Origin: a virus
Lineage: Duplodnaviria; Caudoviricetes
DNA length: 39,705 nucleotides
Direction: 5' to 3' (one strand)
Virus record (IMG/VR): IMGVR_UViG_3300048080_000499
Location: 1 to 39,705 of that record
A program made the position numbers and the translations under genes. The notes beneath the pieces are model-generated. The model ran no database searches. It worked only from the letters and a program-made list of their open reading frames with translations, and was not told where the DNA came from. Shown one piece after another: positions 7,724-17,462 of this stretch (positions are counted from its first letter, which is position 1; every line of letters starts with the position of its first letter).

Positions 7724-10700
7724 TCATGTCTGCTTGAAGGTCAGGCTCCCCTGATAGCCGACCTCCTCCGGGTTCCACTTCATCGGCACCAGCGCCACCG
7801 GGTCGATGTGTCCGCGGACATTGTCAAAGGCCGCGTACTTCGAGCGCATCAGCAGCGGCGTGGCGTCCTCCTGCCAGGCCTGCAGCTGCGCGATCACGCT
7901 CTGCGCCCGCGCCGCGCTCTCCCCGCCCGACAGCCGCATCGGCTTGTCCAGCAGGCGCAGGTCGATCACGTAGTCGTAGAGCACCTCGTTCATCTGGTTC
8001 ACGCGCGCCTCCCACTCGTTCAGCACCGCCGGCGTCTTGAGGTCCTCGGTCAGCAGCCGCAGCCGGAAGCGCAGCCGCCGCCCGGTCACGTTCCCGTCCC
8101 CCACCGCCAGCAGTTGGTAGGGGCTGGTCGTCGCGTCCACCGCGAAGCGCACCCACGGGCTGGTGAGCTCGGCTCCGTCCACCTGGTAGTCCACCTCCAC
8201 CCAGCGCCGCGGGCTGGTCGCCGTCAGGTTCCGGGTGAAGAGCCGCAGCTCGTCGAAGTAGTGATCCAGCTCGGGCGTGTCCAGGTCCACCCAGGCCGTC
8301 GTCACGTAGCCCTCCCAGGTGTAGCGCATCTGGTCGTCGTTGAGCGGGTTCTGCGCCGAGTTGGGCATCACCAGGTACAGGATCTCGTCGCACTCGCTGA
8401 ACCACAGCTTGTTCGCGATCAGCGGGATAGACTGGTAGAACAGCGACAAGATCCGCCGGCTTTTCCAGTCCGGCCGGTAGAGCTCGTGCCAGTCCCCGCC
8501 CGGCGCCGTCGTGGCCAGCAGCGCCGAGAAGCGCCCCACCGCCTGGCTCTCCGTGTTCTCCCAGCCCGCGTCCCAGGCCAGAAAGCCGTACTGCAGCACC
8601 GGCAGGAAGTCCGCCACCCGCCCCCGCCGGCTGGTCGGCATCCCCTCCTCGCGGTTCGGGCCGATGTCGTCCACCGTCCGCCCGTACAGCCGCTCGAACC
8701 CGTCCAGGAAGGGGAAATAGAGCTGCGTGTTCCAGCCGCGCAGCCCGACCCCGTTGTTCAGGTCGCGCGCCGTGTTGATCGGCACCGGCACGAGCGTGGC
8801 GATGGAGTTCTTCACCACGTAGAGCGCGTCCTCCTTGGCCAGGTACACGCTGTCGTCATAGATCGTCATGCCCGTCACGAGCATGCCCGGGTCCCCCGCC
8901 GGCTTGGCCGTCTCGAAGGTCAGGTTCGTGCCCCAGCCCACCTTGGGCGCGCGCGAAAATTCCACCGTCCCGTTGAAGGCCCGGTACAGGTAGACGATCT
9001 CGCCCTCCTGGAGGACCTCCACGAAGTGCGCCTTGTTCGCGCCGTCGTCGGCGCTCTCCAGGGTCCAGACGCCGGCGTTGTTGTACTCGCGCATGCGCTT
9101 GATATTGTAGTTGCCGGAGGCGAAGTAAACGACGTCGTTCATCACCGCCACGTCGCTCACCTGGCCGTTCAGGGTCGGTGCCAGCGCCGTCCACTCGTCG
9201 CTCCCCAGGATCACGTACTCCGTCGTGGCCGCCACCGGCGTCGAAGGCCAGTTGCCCTGCAACACGAGTTCCGTGGCCGTGTTGCTGGTGATCTTGCGCG
9301 CCTGCCCCTGCAGGTCGCCGTTGAGACACTGCGCCACGCACCCCGCCCACTGGTCCGTCGCCCAGGCCTTGGAGGTGTCCACGATCTTCCCGGCCGCCTG
9401 CGTGCCCGTGCACACCCCCCGGTCGCCGTTGCGGAAGACCCCCGTGGTCGAGGCAAAATAGAGCTGGCGCTTGTACTCGAAGAAAAAGCGCTTGACATCG
9501 GCCGTGCCGGTCTGCGACCCGCCCTGGATCGCGTTCGTCACGCGCATGAAAAGCGCCGGCTTGTCGCCCGTCACGCCCGTCCACGCGCTCCCATCCGGGG
9601 ACTGGTAGGCGGTCGGCGCGCTGCCCGAGACCATCAGCCCCCACAGCACCTCCCAGTGGTTGGCCTCCGTCCCCGTCCCGTTCTTGTCGCCGATCGAGAT
9701 CCAGTATTTTGTCCCGTCCACCAGCGTCTGCGTGCCGGCCGCGAACTTGAAGGGGAAGACGCGCGTCAGCCAGTCGTACACGTACTGGCTGGCGAGTTCC
9801 GGGAAGGCCCCCGCCGGCAGTTCGCCCGAGGCGATCACGCTCCCCGGCGTGCCCGCGCTGTCCGCGCGCAGCGACATGATCAGCGGCCCGGCCGGCGTCC
9901 CCACCCGCCGCACGATCAGCCGCACGGCGAAGATCTGCGTGAAGGTCGCGATGGCCGTGAAGTCGTCGGCCACGAAGCGCGTCCCGCCCGTGAGCGTCAC
10001 CCAGCGCATGCTCGTGATCGGGTTGCGCCCGGAGTCCAAGTCGCCCGGCCAGATCCCATACTTTCTAAAATTTCCGGCCGGCCCGTTCCCGAAGCGCGCC
10101 AGCGGCGCCGGGATGAACTGCCCGGGCGTCATCGTCCAGGCAAACCCCGAATCGTAAAAGCGGCTCTTGTCCGCCGCGAAGCGCGCGCTCCCGCGCCCGC
10201 CCCCCCACTCGTTCTGCTGCGCGATCTTGCGCTCGACCCCCGGCCCGCGCGGCAGCCGCCGGATCGCCCCCGGCGCCGGCCCGCCCGCGCCCCCGGCCAG
10301 CAGTCCCAGCGGCGGGTTGACCCCGTCCTCGAGCGTCAGGTCGTAGCCCGGCTGGTCGCCCAGGGCGCTGGCCAGCGGCTCGCCGAGCGTGTAGGTGATC
10401 ACCAGCTTGGGGCGCAGCGCTGGCACGGTCACGTAGTCGCCCGACCACCAGAAGTGCAGGTCGTCCGTCTCGGTGTCCGCCTTGAGCAGCAGCCCGTTGT
10501 TCGCCAGGACGCCGCTCAGCCACTCCTGCACCTTGGCCGCCGTCAGCGTGAAGGCGTGCGCCGTCCCCGGCGCGTCCGCCGCCGGGATGGAAAGCGAGCC
10601 GATGTCCGTCTGCTCGCAGTCGTTCGCCCCGAAGCCGCCCGCCGTCTGCCAGGCCTGCCCGCTCGCCCAGTTGTTCCAGGTCGCCTGGGCCGCCACCCAG

Positions 10701-10978
10701 GCGCGCTTGAGCCGGAAGACCCGGAAGGTGCGCGCGTTGGAAGCCAGGTTCGATTGCAGGGAGAGCGAGAGCACCGCCGAGACGATCTGCACATTGGGTG
10801 CCAGCCCGCTCAGGCTAAACTTCAGCATCGTGCGGTAGGTGGACACCGCCAGGCTGGTTTCGCCCGCGCCAAACGACTCGCTCCCCTCGGAGTTCACGTC
10901 CGGCACGCTCGAGACCAGGGCCATGTCCAGAGCCGCCCCCGGCCCCGGTTGCAGCGTCAGCGTATAGATCGTCGGCAT
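7724..10978 (-). CDS. Tail nozzle (tubular protein B-like) with N-terminal DNRLRE-type domain
   Basis: 1084 aa, beta-rich, follows adaptor; N-terminal LKFSLS..IVSAVLSL..ATWNN..NNGLLLK..RPKLVITY; C-terminal GRRLRFRLRL. Confidence 0.65.
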   Translation of the reverse strand: MPTIYTLTLQPGPGAALDMALVSSVPDVNSEGSESFGAGETSLAVSTYRTMLKFSLSGLAPNVQIVSAVLSLSLQSNLASNARTFRVFRLKRAWVAAQATWNNWASGQAWQTAGGFGANDCEQTDIGSLSIPAADAPGTAHAFTLTAAKVQEWLSGVLANNGLLLKADTETDDLHFWWSGDYVTVPALRPKLVITYTLGEPLASALGDQPGYDLTLEDGVNPPLGLLAGGAGGPAPGAIRRLPRGPGVERKIAQQNEWGGGRGSARFAADKSRFYDSGFAWTMTPGQFIPAPLARFGNGPAGNFRKYGIWPGDLDSGRNPITSMRWVTLTGGTRFVADDFTAIATFTQIFAVRLIVRRVGTPAGPLIMSLRADSAGTPGSVIASGELPAGAFPELASQYVYDWLTRVFPFKFAAGTQTLVDGTKYWISIGDKNGTGTEANHWEVLWGLMVSGSAPTAYQSPDGSAWTGVTGDKPALFMRVTNAIQGGSQTGTADVKRFFFEYKRQLYFASTTGVFRNGDRGVCTGTQAAGKIVDTSKAWATDQWAGCVAQCLNGDLQGQARKITSNTATELVLQGNWPSTPVAATTEYVILGSDEWTALAPTLNGQVSDVAVMNDVVYFASGNYNIKRMREYNNAGVWTLESADDGANKAHFVEVLQEGEIVYLYRAFNGTVEFSRAPKVGWGTNLTFETAKPAGDPGMLVTGMTIYDDSVYLAKEDALYVVKNSIATLVPVPINTARDLNNGVGLRGWNTQLYFPFLDGFERLYGRTVDDIGPNREEGMPTSRRGRVADFLPVLQYGFLAWDAGWENTESQAVGRFSALLATTAPGGDWHELYRPDWKSRRILSLFYQSIPLIANKLWFSECDEILYLVMPNSAQNPLNDDQMRYTWEGYVTTAWVDLDTPELDHYFDELRLFTRNLTATSPRRWVEVDYQVDGAELTSPWVRFAVDATTSPYQLLAVGDGNVTGRRLRFRLRLLTEDLKTPAVLNEWEARVNQMNEVLYDYVIDLRLLDKPMRLSGGESAARAQSVIAQLQAWQEDATPLLMRSKYAAFDNVRGHIDPVALVPMKWNPEEVGYQGSLTFKQT
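10574..10708. repeat. Direct repeat copy 1 (copy 2 at 15163-15297), DNRLRE-domain core
   Basis: 88 bp identical, about 4 mismatches over 135 bp. Confidence 0.9.
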
Positions 10979-11045
10979 GGGGCAGGTTTTTCTGCGAAAA
11001 TCTGCGTCATCTGCGGAGTGGCTTTGCCCCCGACTGGATCGGGGG

Positions 11046-11873
11046 TCACGGCAGCACCGGGAAACTCTGCGGCATGGCCACCGGGTGCCGCCGCCGCGCC
11101 TGCGCCAGGCGCAGCGTCAGGTTGTTGAGCAACGCCGTCAGGTCGCGCTCGTCCGCCCCCGGCCCCTCCAGCCGCCACCTGGCCAGCTTCTCTGCCGCCG
11201 CCAGAGAGAGCCAGTCCACCGAGACGTAGTCGCTGACGAGGTCCGCGTCCGCCCCCACCAGCGGGTGCGGCGCCAGGTAGATGAGCTTGATCTTGTGGGG
11301 CGCACGCGGCTGCTCGGGGAAGAGCAGCACCCCCACCGCGCCCAGGCCCGTGCCCGGCTCCGTGCGCACCCTCAGCTGCCGCTCCCACTCCCAGGGCGCC
11401 GCCAGCTGGCGCGCCAGCCACACCTGGCGCAGGTCGCGCTTGGCCGCCACGGGCAGGTTGTACTCGAGCTGGTCCGTGGCCGTGGTGAGCGAGGCCGTGT
11501 CCACCGTCGGCACGTCGCCCAGCTCGACCTGCGCCTCGTTGACCTTCGCGACCATCATCTCGCGTGGGTAGCGCCGCGTCATCACCCCATAGCGCGCCCC
11601 CAGCGCGGGCGTCTCCGCCAGCGCCGACTCGAGCGTGATCACCCCCGTGGCGCCCGTGTAGTCGCTCACCCGCCGCGAGGCGCGGTTGGCGGCCGTGGCG
11701 CTCTGGTACAGCAGCGTCCCGCCGTTGAACCAGTCGTCGTCCGCGAACCCGCGCACCACCAGCTGCGCGTCGGTCAGCGTCGTCGCGCCGCCCGAGGCGG
11801 CCGAGGCCACGCCCTCCTGTAAGGCCTCCAGCGCCCGCGCCGTCTGCAGCAGAATGTCGAAGAGCGTCGTCAT
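11046..11873 (-). CDS. Head-tail adaptor (tail tubular protein A-like)
   Basis: Size, position upstream of nozzle, helical termini with EYNLP motif. Confidence 0.6.
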   Translation of the reverse strand: MTTLFDILLQTARALEALQEGVASAASGGATTLTDAQLVVRGFADDDWFNGGTLLYQSATAANRASRRVSDYTGATGVITLESALAETPALGARYGVMTRRYPREMMVAKVNEAQVELGDVPTVDTASLTTATDQLEYNLPVAAKRDLRQVWLARQLAAPWEWERQLRVRTEPGTGLGAVGVLLFPEQPRAPHKIKLIYLAPHPLVGADADLVSDYVSVDWLSLAAAEKLARWRLEGPGADERDLTALLNNLTLRLAQARRRHPVAMPQSFPVLP

Positions 11874-11874
11874 C

Positions 11875-13131
11875 TCAGCCGACTCCTAGCACCGGCATCC
11901 GGCTCGCCACCGGGCCGCCGCCCACGGGCGCGTCCCCGACCAGCAGGTAGCCCACGAAACTTTGCGCAGGGTCGGCGTCATCCATGATGAACGTCACCCC
12001 GCCCGCGTCCACGCTCTTCACGTCCATCAGCCCCTCGATGGCACTGGCCGTCGAAATATTGGCGTACACGGCATCAAACTCCAGCGCCGTCGAAACCTCG
12101 GCGTCGGCCACGCTGTGCTCGTCGAGCAGGGCCTGCGCGTTGCGCTGCGACGCCGACGAGAAAGCGCCCACGCTCAGCTCGTTGTGATCCTGCACCGTGT
12201 CCTGCGTGCTCTCCGCCTTGCAGTGCGAGACCAGCAGCCCGCCACGCGGCTGGAACGCCAGACCCGAGACCACGATGTCGGTCACGGTGTCCATCTGCGT
12301 CAGCACGCTCCCGGCCGCGTAGCGCCCACCCTTGATTGCCAGATAGTGAAAGCGGCGACCGACCGCGGTCTGCTCCAGGCGGTTGATGGTGAATCCGGTG
12401 GAAATCATCCCCACAAAAGAGCTGCGATGGCTCAGACCTCCGCCAGCCAGCGCCGCCATGGCCAGGCACTCCAGGTCGTTACAATACGACTCGGTGTCCA
12501 TCGTGGCCGAGCCATCATCGGACAGCCCCTCCCAAACGAACTGTTGAGACGCTGAGACCGCGAGGCCAAAGCAGCCGCTTGCGTCCACACCCCCGGCGGG
12601 CGGGTCGGTGTTGAGGCCGATGCCAAAGAAAAACACCACGTCCGGCTGGAAACCCACGGTGATGTCCAGGTTGCCGGTGGGCGTACCCACATTGATCAAG
12701 CCGGTCGCCGCATTCGTGATGTCGTCACCCCCCAGCGCCAGGAAGCCCACGCGCTGGTCGCGCGGGAAGGCGTCGTCAATGACCAGCGTGAATCCGTCCG
12801 TGTCGAAGGATTGCAGGTCGAGTGCGCCATCGATGGCCCCGGCGTTGTCGCAGGAGACGATGGCCGCCGCATCGGTGTGGTAATGGCTGGCGTCACCCGC
12901 CGCGGCGGCGTCAATGCTGTTGAAGCAACAGGCTCGCCGGTCGGCCGTGCCCGCGCAAAAGCCAAACCCGCTGAAGTGGCTGGCGCGCCCCACGGCGTCC
13001 ACCGCGCCAGAGCGTCCAACATAGTAGAAGATGACGACCTTCGGCTGGAATCCCAACCCGGAAACGACCACGGTATTGCCCGCCGCCGCCGTCGTCGTGG
13101 TCAGATGACCGGCATAAGCGCTGAGAGCCAT
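11875..13131 (-). CDS. Virion structural or fibre-like protein with three internal repeats
   Basis: Three (G/A)FQP-led ~130-aa repeats; codon usage less GC3-biased than neighbours. Confidence 0.65.
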   Translation of the reverse strand: MALSAYAGHLTTTTAAAGNTVVVSGLGFQPKVVIFYYVGRSGAVDAVGRASHFSGFGFCAGTADRRACCFNSIDAAAAGDASHYHTDAAAIVSCDNAGAIDGALDLQSFDTDGFTLVIDDAFPRDQRVGFLALGGDDITNAATGLINVGTPTGNLDITVGFQPDVVFFFGIGLNTDPPAGGVDASGCFGLAVSASQQFVWEGLSDDGSATMDTESYCNDLECLAMAALAGGGLSHRSSFVGMISTGFTINRLEQTAVGRRFHYLAIKGGRYAAGSVLTQMDTVTDIVVSGLAFQPRGGLLVSHCKAESTQDTVQDHNELSVGAFSSASQRNAQALLDEHSVADAEVSTALEFDAVYANISTASAIEGLMDVKSVDAGGVTFIMDDADPAQSFVGYLLVGDAPVGGGPVASRMPVLGVG

Positions 13132-13135
13132 CGCG

Positions 13136-13441
13136 TCAGATCCCCAACCGCGCCCGCACCAGCGCCGGGGTGTCGTAGAACGGCGCGCCGTGCTCGGCCA
13201 GGATCAGGATCTGCTCGAACTGAAAGATTTGGCGGTGCTTGACCGCATCCGTGCCTGAAACCTGCGCCACCAGCAGGTCGAACTCAGCCGCGTCGGCGGC
13301 CTCCATTGCGTAGTACGCCTTGATCTGCGCCACCGTGCGCGGCCCAAAGGCGATCTCGTAGCAGGCGGCCGTGAACTCGTGTACCGGAATCTTCCGCCGG
13401 GGTTCGGGGAGAATGCCCATCAGACGCTCAATGAGTGCCAT
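13136..13441 (-). CDS. Hypothetical protein
   Basis: Operon continuity, GAGGG RBS. Confidence 0.7.
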   Translation of the reverse strand: MALIERLMGILPEPRRKIPVHEFTAACYEIAFGPRTVAQIKAYYAMEAADAAEFDLLVAQVSGTDAVKHRQIFQFEQILILAEHGAPFYDTPALVRARLGI

Positions 13442-13447
13442 AGACCC

Positions 13448-14287
13448 TCACTTGAACAGAACCGTGCAAACAATTTCGTTCGCCGCCACCGCGCCCGTGT
13501 CGGCGTCGGCCACGCCCGTGGTCAGCGCCAGCGCGATGCCTGTCGCGAACGCGATCCCCATCCCGCCTGTGTCCAGCACAAAGCCCGCCCCGGCTGTGTT
13601 GGCGGGAATGGGCAGGGTCAGCACGGGCACGTCCGTCCCCACGGTTGGCGCAGAGGCCTTGTTGTACAGTTTCAGGTAGCGCACGGCGGCATTGATGTTG
13701 TGAGCATAGATGGAGTAGACCTGCCCGGCGCTGGCCTTCACGCTCGTGGCGTTCGTCGTCGCCGCCGAGATCAGCGAGCGCCCCGACCCCGGCCCGATCG
13801 TCAGCCCGTCCGCCGTCTGCGGCTCCGGGTTCACGCGCCCGATCAGGTTCGCGCCAGTGGGGAGCGCGCCCACCGTCACCGTCGCCGGGGCCGCCCCCAG
13901 GTTCACGTCCAGCCGCCCGCCCACCAGCGCCGCGGGCAAACCCCCATTGAGCAACGTGGTCAATCTCTGGGCAATACGCTGAAGCCGCCCGTTCAGCCCG
14001 CTCGAGGCCGTGTCCGTCGCCGGCGCCGTCTCGGTCAGCGCACCCGTCTTTGTGTCGAAGTCCGCCTCGGTCAGGCGCGTTCCCAGCGTGGTCTCCGTCG
14101 CTGCACCCGTGGGTAGAGTCGACGACACCACGTCCACGTCCCCAATGTTGGCCGTGCCCGCCACGAGCGCCGGCAGCGGCGCATCCACCACCACGTGCGC
14201 GATGTGCGGATCCGCGTCCGACCCGACACCGTCCGTCTTGAACGACTTGGTGGCCGCCGCAGCATCTTTCACGATCACATTAGCCAT
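13448..14287 (-). CDS. Ala/Thr/Gly-rich virion structural protein
   Basis: C-terminal VKASAGQVYSI...YLKLYNKASAPTVGTDVP beta domain. Confidence 0.7.
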   Translation of the reverse strand: MANVIVKDAAAATKSFKTDGVGSDADPHIAHVVVDAPLPALVAGTANIGDVDVVSSTLPTGAATETTLGTRLTEADFDTKTGALTETAPATDTASSGLNGRLQRIAQRLTTLLNGGLPAALVGGRLDVNLGAAPATVTVGALPTGANLIGRVNPEPQTADGLTIGPGSGRSLISAATTNATSVKASAGQVYSIYAHNINAAVRYLKLYNKASAPTVGTDVPVLTLPIPANTAGAGFVLDTGGMGIAFATGIALALTTGVADADTGAVAANEIVCTVLFK

Positions 14288-14453
14288 CTGCTACCAACCC
14301 TTCCTCGACCTTCACGTCGAGCCGCAGCGGTCCGAGCGTGAACTGCCCGGGCTGCCGGGCCCACCAGTAGCGGCGCTTGAGCGCAGACGCGCGGAAGAAG
14401 CGCGCCCACTGCGGGTCGAACCACACGGCCACGGTGAACTTGATGAGTCTCAT
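14280..14453 (-). CDS. Small hypothetical protein (57 aa)
   Basis: MRLIKFTVAVWFDPQW...; ATGA overlap upstream; below the ORF-track cutoff. Confidence 0.55.
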   Translation of the reverse strand: MRLIKFTVAVWFDPQWARFFRASALKRRYWWARQPGQFTLGPLRLDVKVEEGLVADG

Positions 14454-14950
14454 AGGAGTTGCGTCAGGTAGTGCACGCCGTCGCTGATCTCGTCGAAGCG
14501 CAGGTGCTCGCCCACGCGGTTGTCCGCCGCCGCCGGCGCCACGTCGCCCAGCTGATTCCCGGCCAGGTCGGCGATGTCCCCGACCACGTCGCTGTACTCG
14601 AACGTGATCGCGTCGTTGGCATCCGCAAACGGCGTGATCACGTAATGCACCACGCTTGGGTCGCCCTGCCGCACGCCGCTCGAGATCGTCGCCGTCACCG
14701 CGTTGATCTTGATCGTCACGCCCGTGACGTAGTCCGACGTGGCCGAGTTCACTGGCTCGGAGAACTGCACCGCCAGCGTCGGGTCGGTCACGTCCCCCTC
14801 CTCGCTCGCGCTGTACGTCGGCGGCGTCACGTCGACCCCTTCGGCCAGCACGCCGCCGCGCCGCAGCCGGTAGATGAGTCGCAGACTGTGTCCTGAGCTT
14901 GTCGAAGGACCGCGTCCTGAGCTTTCCGAAGGGCGGTTTCGGCGTGGCAT
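14450..14950 (-). CDS. Ig-like (SwmB/Big-like) domain protein, possible capsid decoration
   Basis: DVTPPT...LAVQFSEPV...IADLAGNQL. Confidence 0.6.
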   Translation of the reverse strand: MPRRNRPSESSGRGPSTSSGHSLRLIYRLRRGGVLAEGVDVTPPTYSASEEGDVTDPTLAVQFSEPVNSATSDYVTGVTIKINAVTATISSGVRQGDPSVVHYVITPFADANDAITFEYSDVVGDIADLAGNQLGDVAPAAADNRVGEHLRFDEISDGVHYLTQLL

Positions 14951-14961
14951 CCGTCTCCCCG

Positions 14962-15675
14962 TTACAAATTCTGTGGCAGCGTGTACACGATCACCAGCTT
15001 CGGGCGCGCCGCGGCGTTCGCGCCGTCGGAAGAATCCCACAAGTGCTCGTCGTTCGATTCGGTGTCCGCCTTCAGCAGCAGCCCGTTGTTCGCAAAATCG
15101 CCGCTGTACCAGTTCTGGATCGCCGAGGGCGTGAGCGCCCAGGCGTGTTCCGTCCCAATGGAGTCCGCCGCCGGGATGGAAAGCGAGCCGATGTCCGTCT
15201 GCTCGCAGTCGTTCGCCCCGAAGCCGCCCGCCGTCTGCCAGGCCTGCCCGGCCGCCCAGTTGTTCCAGGTCGCCTGGGCCTCGACCCAGGCGCGCTTCTG
15301 CCGGTACCACCGGAAAGTCCGGATGACGCCGGCGAAGTTGCCGAACAACGTCAGGCTGAGCGTGGCGGAGACGATCTGAGCGTTGGGCGGCAGCGCCGAC
15401 AAATCAAATTTGACCAGCGCGCGCGTCAACTCGCCGTTCGCGGTGCGGTGCCCGCCAGATAAAACGGTCGCCACGCCGTAATTGTTGGAGGGCGTGGCCT
15501 GATCGAGATAGGTGTCCAGCCCTTCGGCGCCGGGCTGGAGCGTCAGCGGGGGCTGCAGGGTCGTCCGCGTGCCTCCCCGCATCCCGAACACGCTCCGGAG
15601 ACGCGGCCGCGGTCGCCGCTGCGGGCTACTCCCGCGTGGCGGTCGTCTTATGCGCGGCCGCGGCCGGCGCTTCAT
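14962..15675 (-). CDS. DNRLRE-type (CBM96-like) domain protein with Arg/Pro-rich leader
   Basis: DTYL..ATPSNNYG...RALVKFDLS..IVSATLSL...NNGLLLK...RPKLVIVY. Confidence 0.75.
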   Translation of the reverse strand: MKRRPRPRIRRPPRGSSPQRRPRPRLRSVFGMRGGTRTTLQPPLTLQPGAEGLDTYLDQATPSNNYGVATVLSGGHRTANGELTRALVKFDLSALPPNAQIVSATLSLTLFGNFAGVIRTFRWYRQKRAWVEAQATWNNWAAGQAWQTAGGFGANDCEQTDIGSLSIPAADSIGTEHAWALTPSAIQNWYSGDFANNGLLLKADTESNDEHLWDSSDGANAAARPKLVIVYTLPQNL

Positions 15676-15682
15676 GCAACGC

Positions 15683-15967
15683 CTACCTTGCCCCAGGTTT
15701 GTGCTTCGGCCCATCCTGAGCCTGTCGAAGGACCGGCTCGGCCAGCACCGCCTGCGCCTCCTCGTCCATGGGCGTCAGCGTGTAGCCCGTGAACTCCTGG
15801 CGGATCGCGCGCGCGATCTCGGGCACCGTGCGCTTGATCTGCTTCGAGATCGTCTCCGCCGACAGGATGCCCTGCCCCTCGCGGATCTTCACCCCGAAAA
15901 TCTCGCCCTCCATCTCCGGGTTTTGTGGCGTGGTAATCATAAACTGCATGGTCGTGCCTTCGTTCAT
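15683..15967 (-). CDS. Hypothetical protein
   Basis: Operon continuity. Confidence 0.65.
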   Translation of the reverse strand: MNEGTTMQFMITTPQNPEMEGEIFGVKIREGQGILSAETISKQIKRTVPEIARAIRQEFTGYTLTPMDEEAQAVLAEPVLRQAQDGPKHKPGAR

Positions 15968-16037
15968 CTTTCCGCTGTCGTCCGCAGATTACGCAGACGC
16001 GCCCTCTGCGCAATCTGCGCAATCTGCGGATCGATCC

Positions 16038-16400
16038 TTAGGCGGTTTGGTCCTTGATGTTCCCGCTGACGATCCCGGCCGTCACGGTGAACGACGCGCC
16101 CGTGCCCGTGCCCACCACCCGGTTCAGGCGCAGGTAGCGTTTCTTCGACTGCACCCGGCGCGTCACGCGCCCGGTCGCGCTGAGCTGCGCGAACGTCGTG
16201 TTGTTGTTGTAGGCCGAGTCGTCGTCCGACTCCTGCACGATGAAGTCGATCGTGCGCCCGGTCGTCGAGCCGGCCAGCGCCGTCACCGCGATCTCGACCA
16301 CCGCCCCCTCGGCGGCCGTCTTGCGGATGTCCAGGCTGGCCGAGTTCCCGCTCGTGGTCAGGGCGGCCGCGTTGTGGAAAAGCAGGTTCGTGTCAAACAT
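16038..16400 (-). CDS. Capsid cement/minor capsid protein (Bbp16-like)
   Basis: Directly after MCP; MFDTNLLF...SASLDI...QESDD...KRYLRL. Confidence 0.65.
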   Translation of the reverse strand: MFDTNLLFHNAAALTTSGNSASLDIRKTAAEGAVVEIAVTALAGSTTGRTIDFIVQESDDDSAYNNNTTFAQLSATGRVTRRVQSKKRYLRLNRVVGTGTGASFTVTAGIVSGNIKDQTA

Positions 16401-16436
16401 GGTTTGTCTCCTTCAGCCTTTTGCCTTCTGCCTTGA

Positions 16437-17453
16437 CTACGCCGCCGCCATCTTGAAGCCCTTGATGCGGCAGATGGAGTAGGAGCCTTTTTGCTGCAGG
16501 CCCACCACCCAGTCGATCCGGCGCAGCTTGCTGGGGATCGTTTCCTGCTCCCCGCCGTTCAGCGGGTCGTAGGGCGTCGGCGTGGTGCCGCCCAACTGGA
16601 TGCAGTACAGCCCGTCGTCGCCGCTCTCCATCTGCTCCTGGATGTTGGCCGGGTCGGCCTCGGCGTCGGACGTGCCGAAGCGCACGGCGTAGATCGAGGA
16701 GCTGTCGTTGCCCGCGTCGCCCGGGTCCTCGGTGTCGGTGATGATCTCGGTCGCCTGGTCGGACTGCAGCCCCACGTCCACGAGCTTGCCCCGCTTGAAC
16801 ATATCCCACACCCGCTCGTAGTTGTCCTGGGCCGTGTCCATCAGCCCCAGCCGCCGCAGCACCTTGCCGAAGCCCAGGTACGACGTCTCGTTCATCAACC
16901 AGGCGTTCGCCCCGCCCACGCGCTTGTCGGCGTCGTGCATCGCGTCCAGGAACGTGTTCTCGGTCGCCGCCGAGGCCAGCACCTTGAGCGAGTCGCTGCC
17001 CAGGTCGATCGTCATGCGCGCCGGCAGGTTCGTGAGGCGCTTTTTCAGGCCCTCGTACCCGTCCGGGTCCACGCCGTGGTCGCCGTTGATGAAGTCGAGC
17101 GTGAACTTCGTCGCCATCGCCTTGACCTTCATCTGCGTGTGCGTGATGAAGGGGTCCTCGATGACGGTCTTGTCCAGCCCGAGCACGCGGTCGATCTGGA
17201 TGTCGCCGCCGTAGATGTGCAGCGTTTCCTCGACCTGCTCGAGCTTGCCTTCGTTGGCGGTGTAGCCCGCGCCGATCTTGCGGGTGGCCACCGTCGGGAG
17301 TGTCTGCCAGCGTGTCGCCCGCACCTTCAGGCCCGGCACGGTCTTGACCGGCAGGATCTTGAAAAGGTCCGACTGGCGCAGCAGGTCCACCAGCACCGCT
17401 TTCTCGAGCGGGTCTTGGGACACCTTCGCCAGTTCGTTGAGTGTCAGTGCCAT
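16437..17453 (-). CDS. Major capsid protein
   Basis: 338 aa; MALTLNE..., GGDIQIDR, FINGD...YEGLKKRL, RIDWVVGL; follows scaffold. Confidence 0.85.
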   Translation of the reverse strand: MALTLNELAKVSQDPLEKAVLVDLLRQSDLFKILPVKTVPGLKVRATRWQTLPTVATRKIGAGYTANEGKLEQVEETLHIYGGDIQIDRVLGLDKTVIEDPFITHTQMKVKAMATKFTLDFINGDHGVDPDGYEGLKKRLTNLPARMTIDLGSDSLKVLASAATENTFLDAMHDADKRVGGANAWLMNETSYLGFGKVLRRLGLMDTAQDNYERVWDMFKRGKLVDVGLQSDQATEIITDTEDPGDAGNDSSSIYAVRFGTSDAEADPANIQEQMESGDDGLYCIQLGGTTPTPYDPLNGGEQETIPSKLRRIDWVVGLQQKGSYSICRIKGFKMAAA

Positions 17454-17462
17454 TGGAATCTC

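Noticed and set aside
7808-11128. Long plus-strand ORFs (also 16491-17801, 23342-25357, 28580-31501, 34710-36233) and minus-strand 3199-4437
   Set aside because: Antisense shadows of GC3-rich genes; Arg/Pro/His-rich and without motifs
10574-15297. Repeat pair as DGR template and variable repeats
   Set aside because: No reverse transcriptase; mismatches are not adenine-specific; both copies are mid-domain coding sequence
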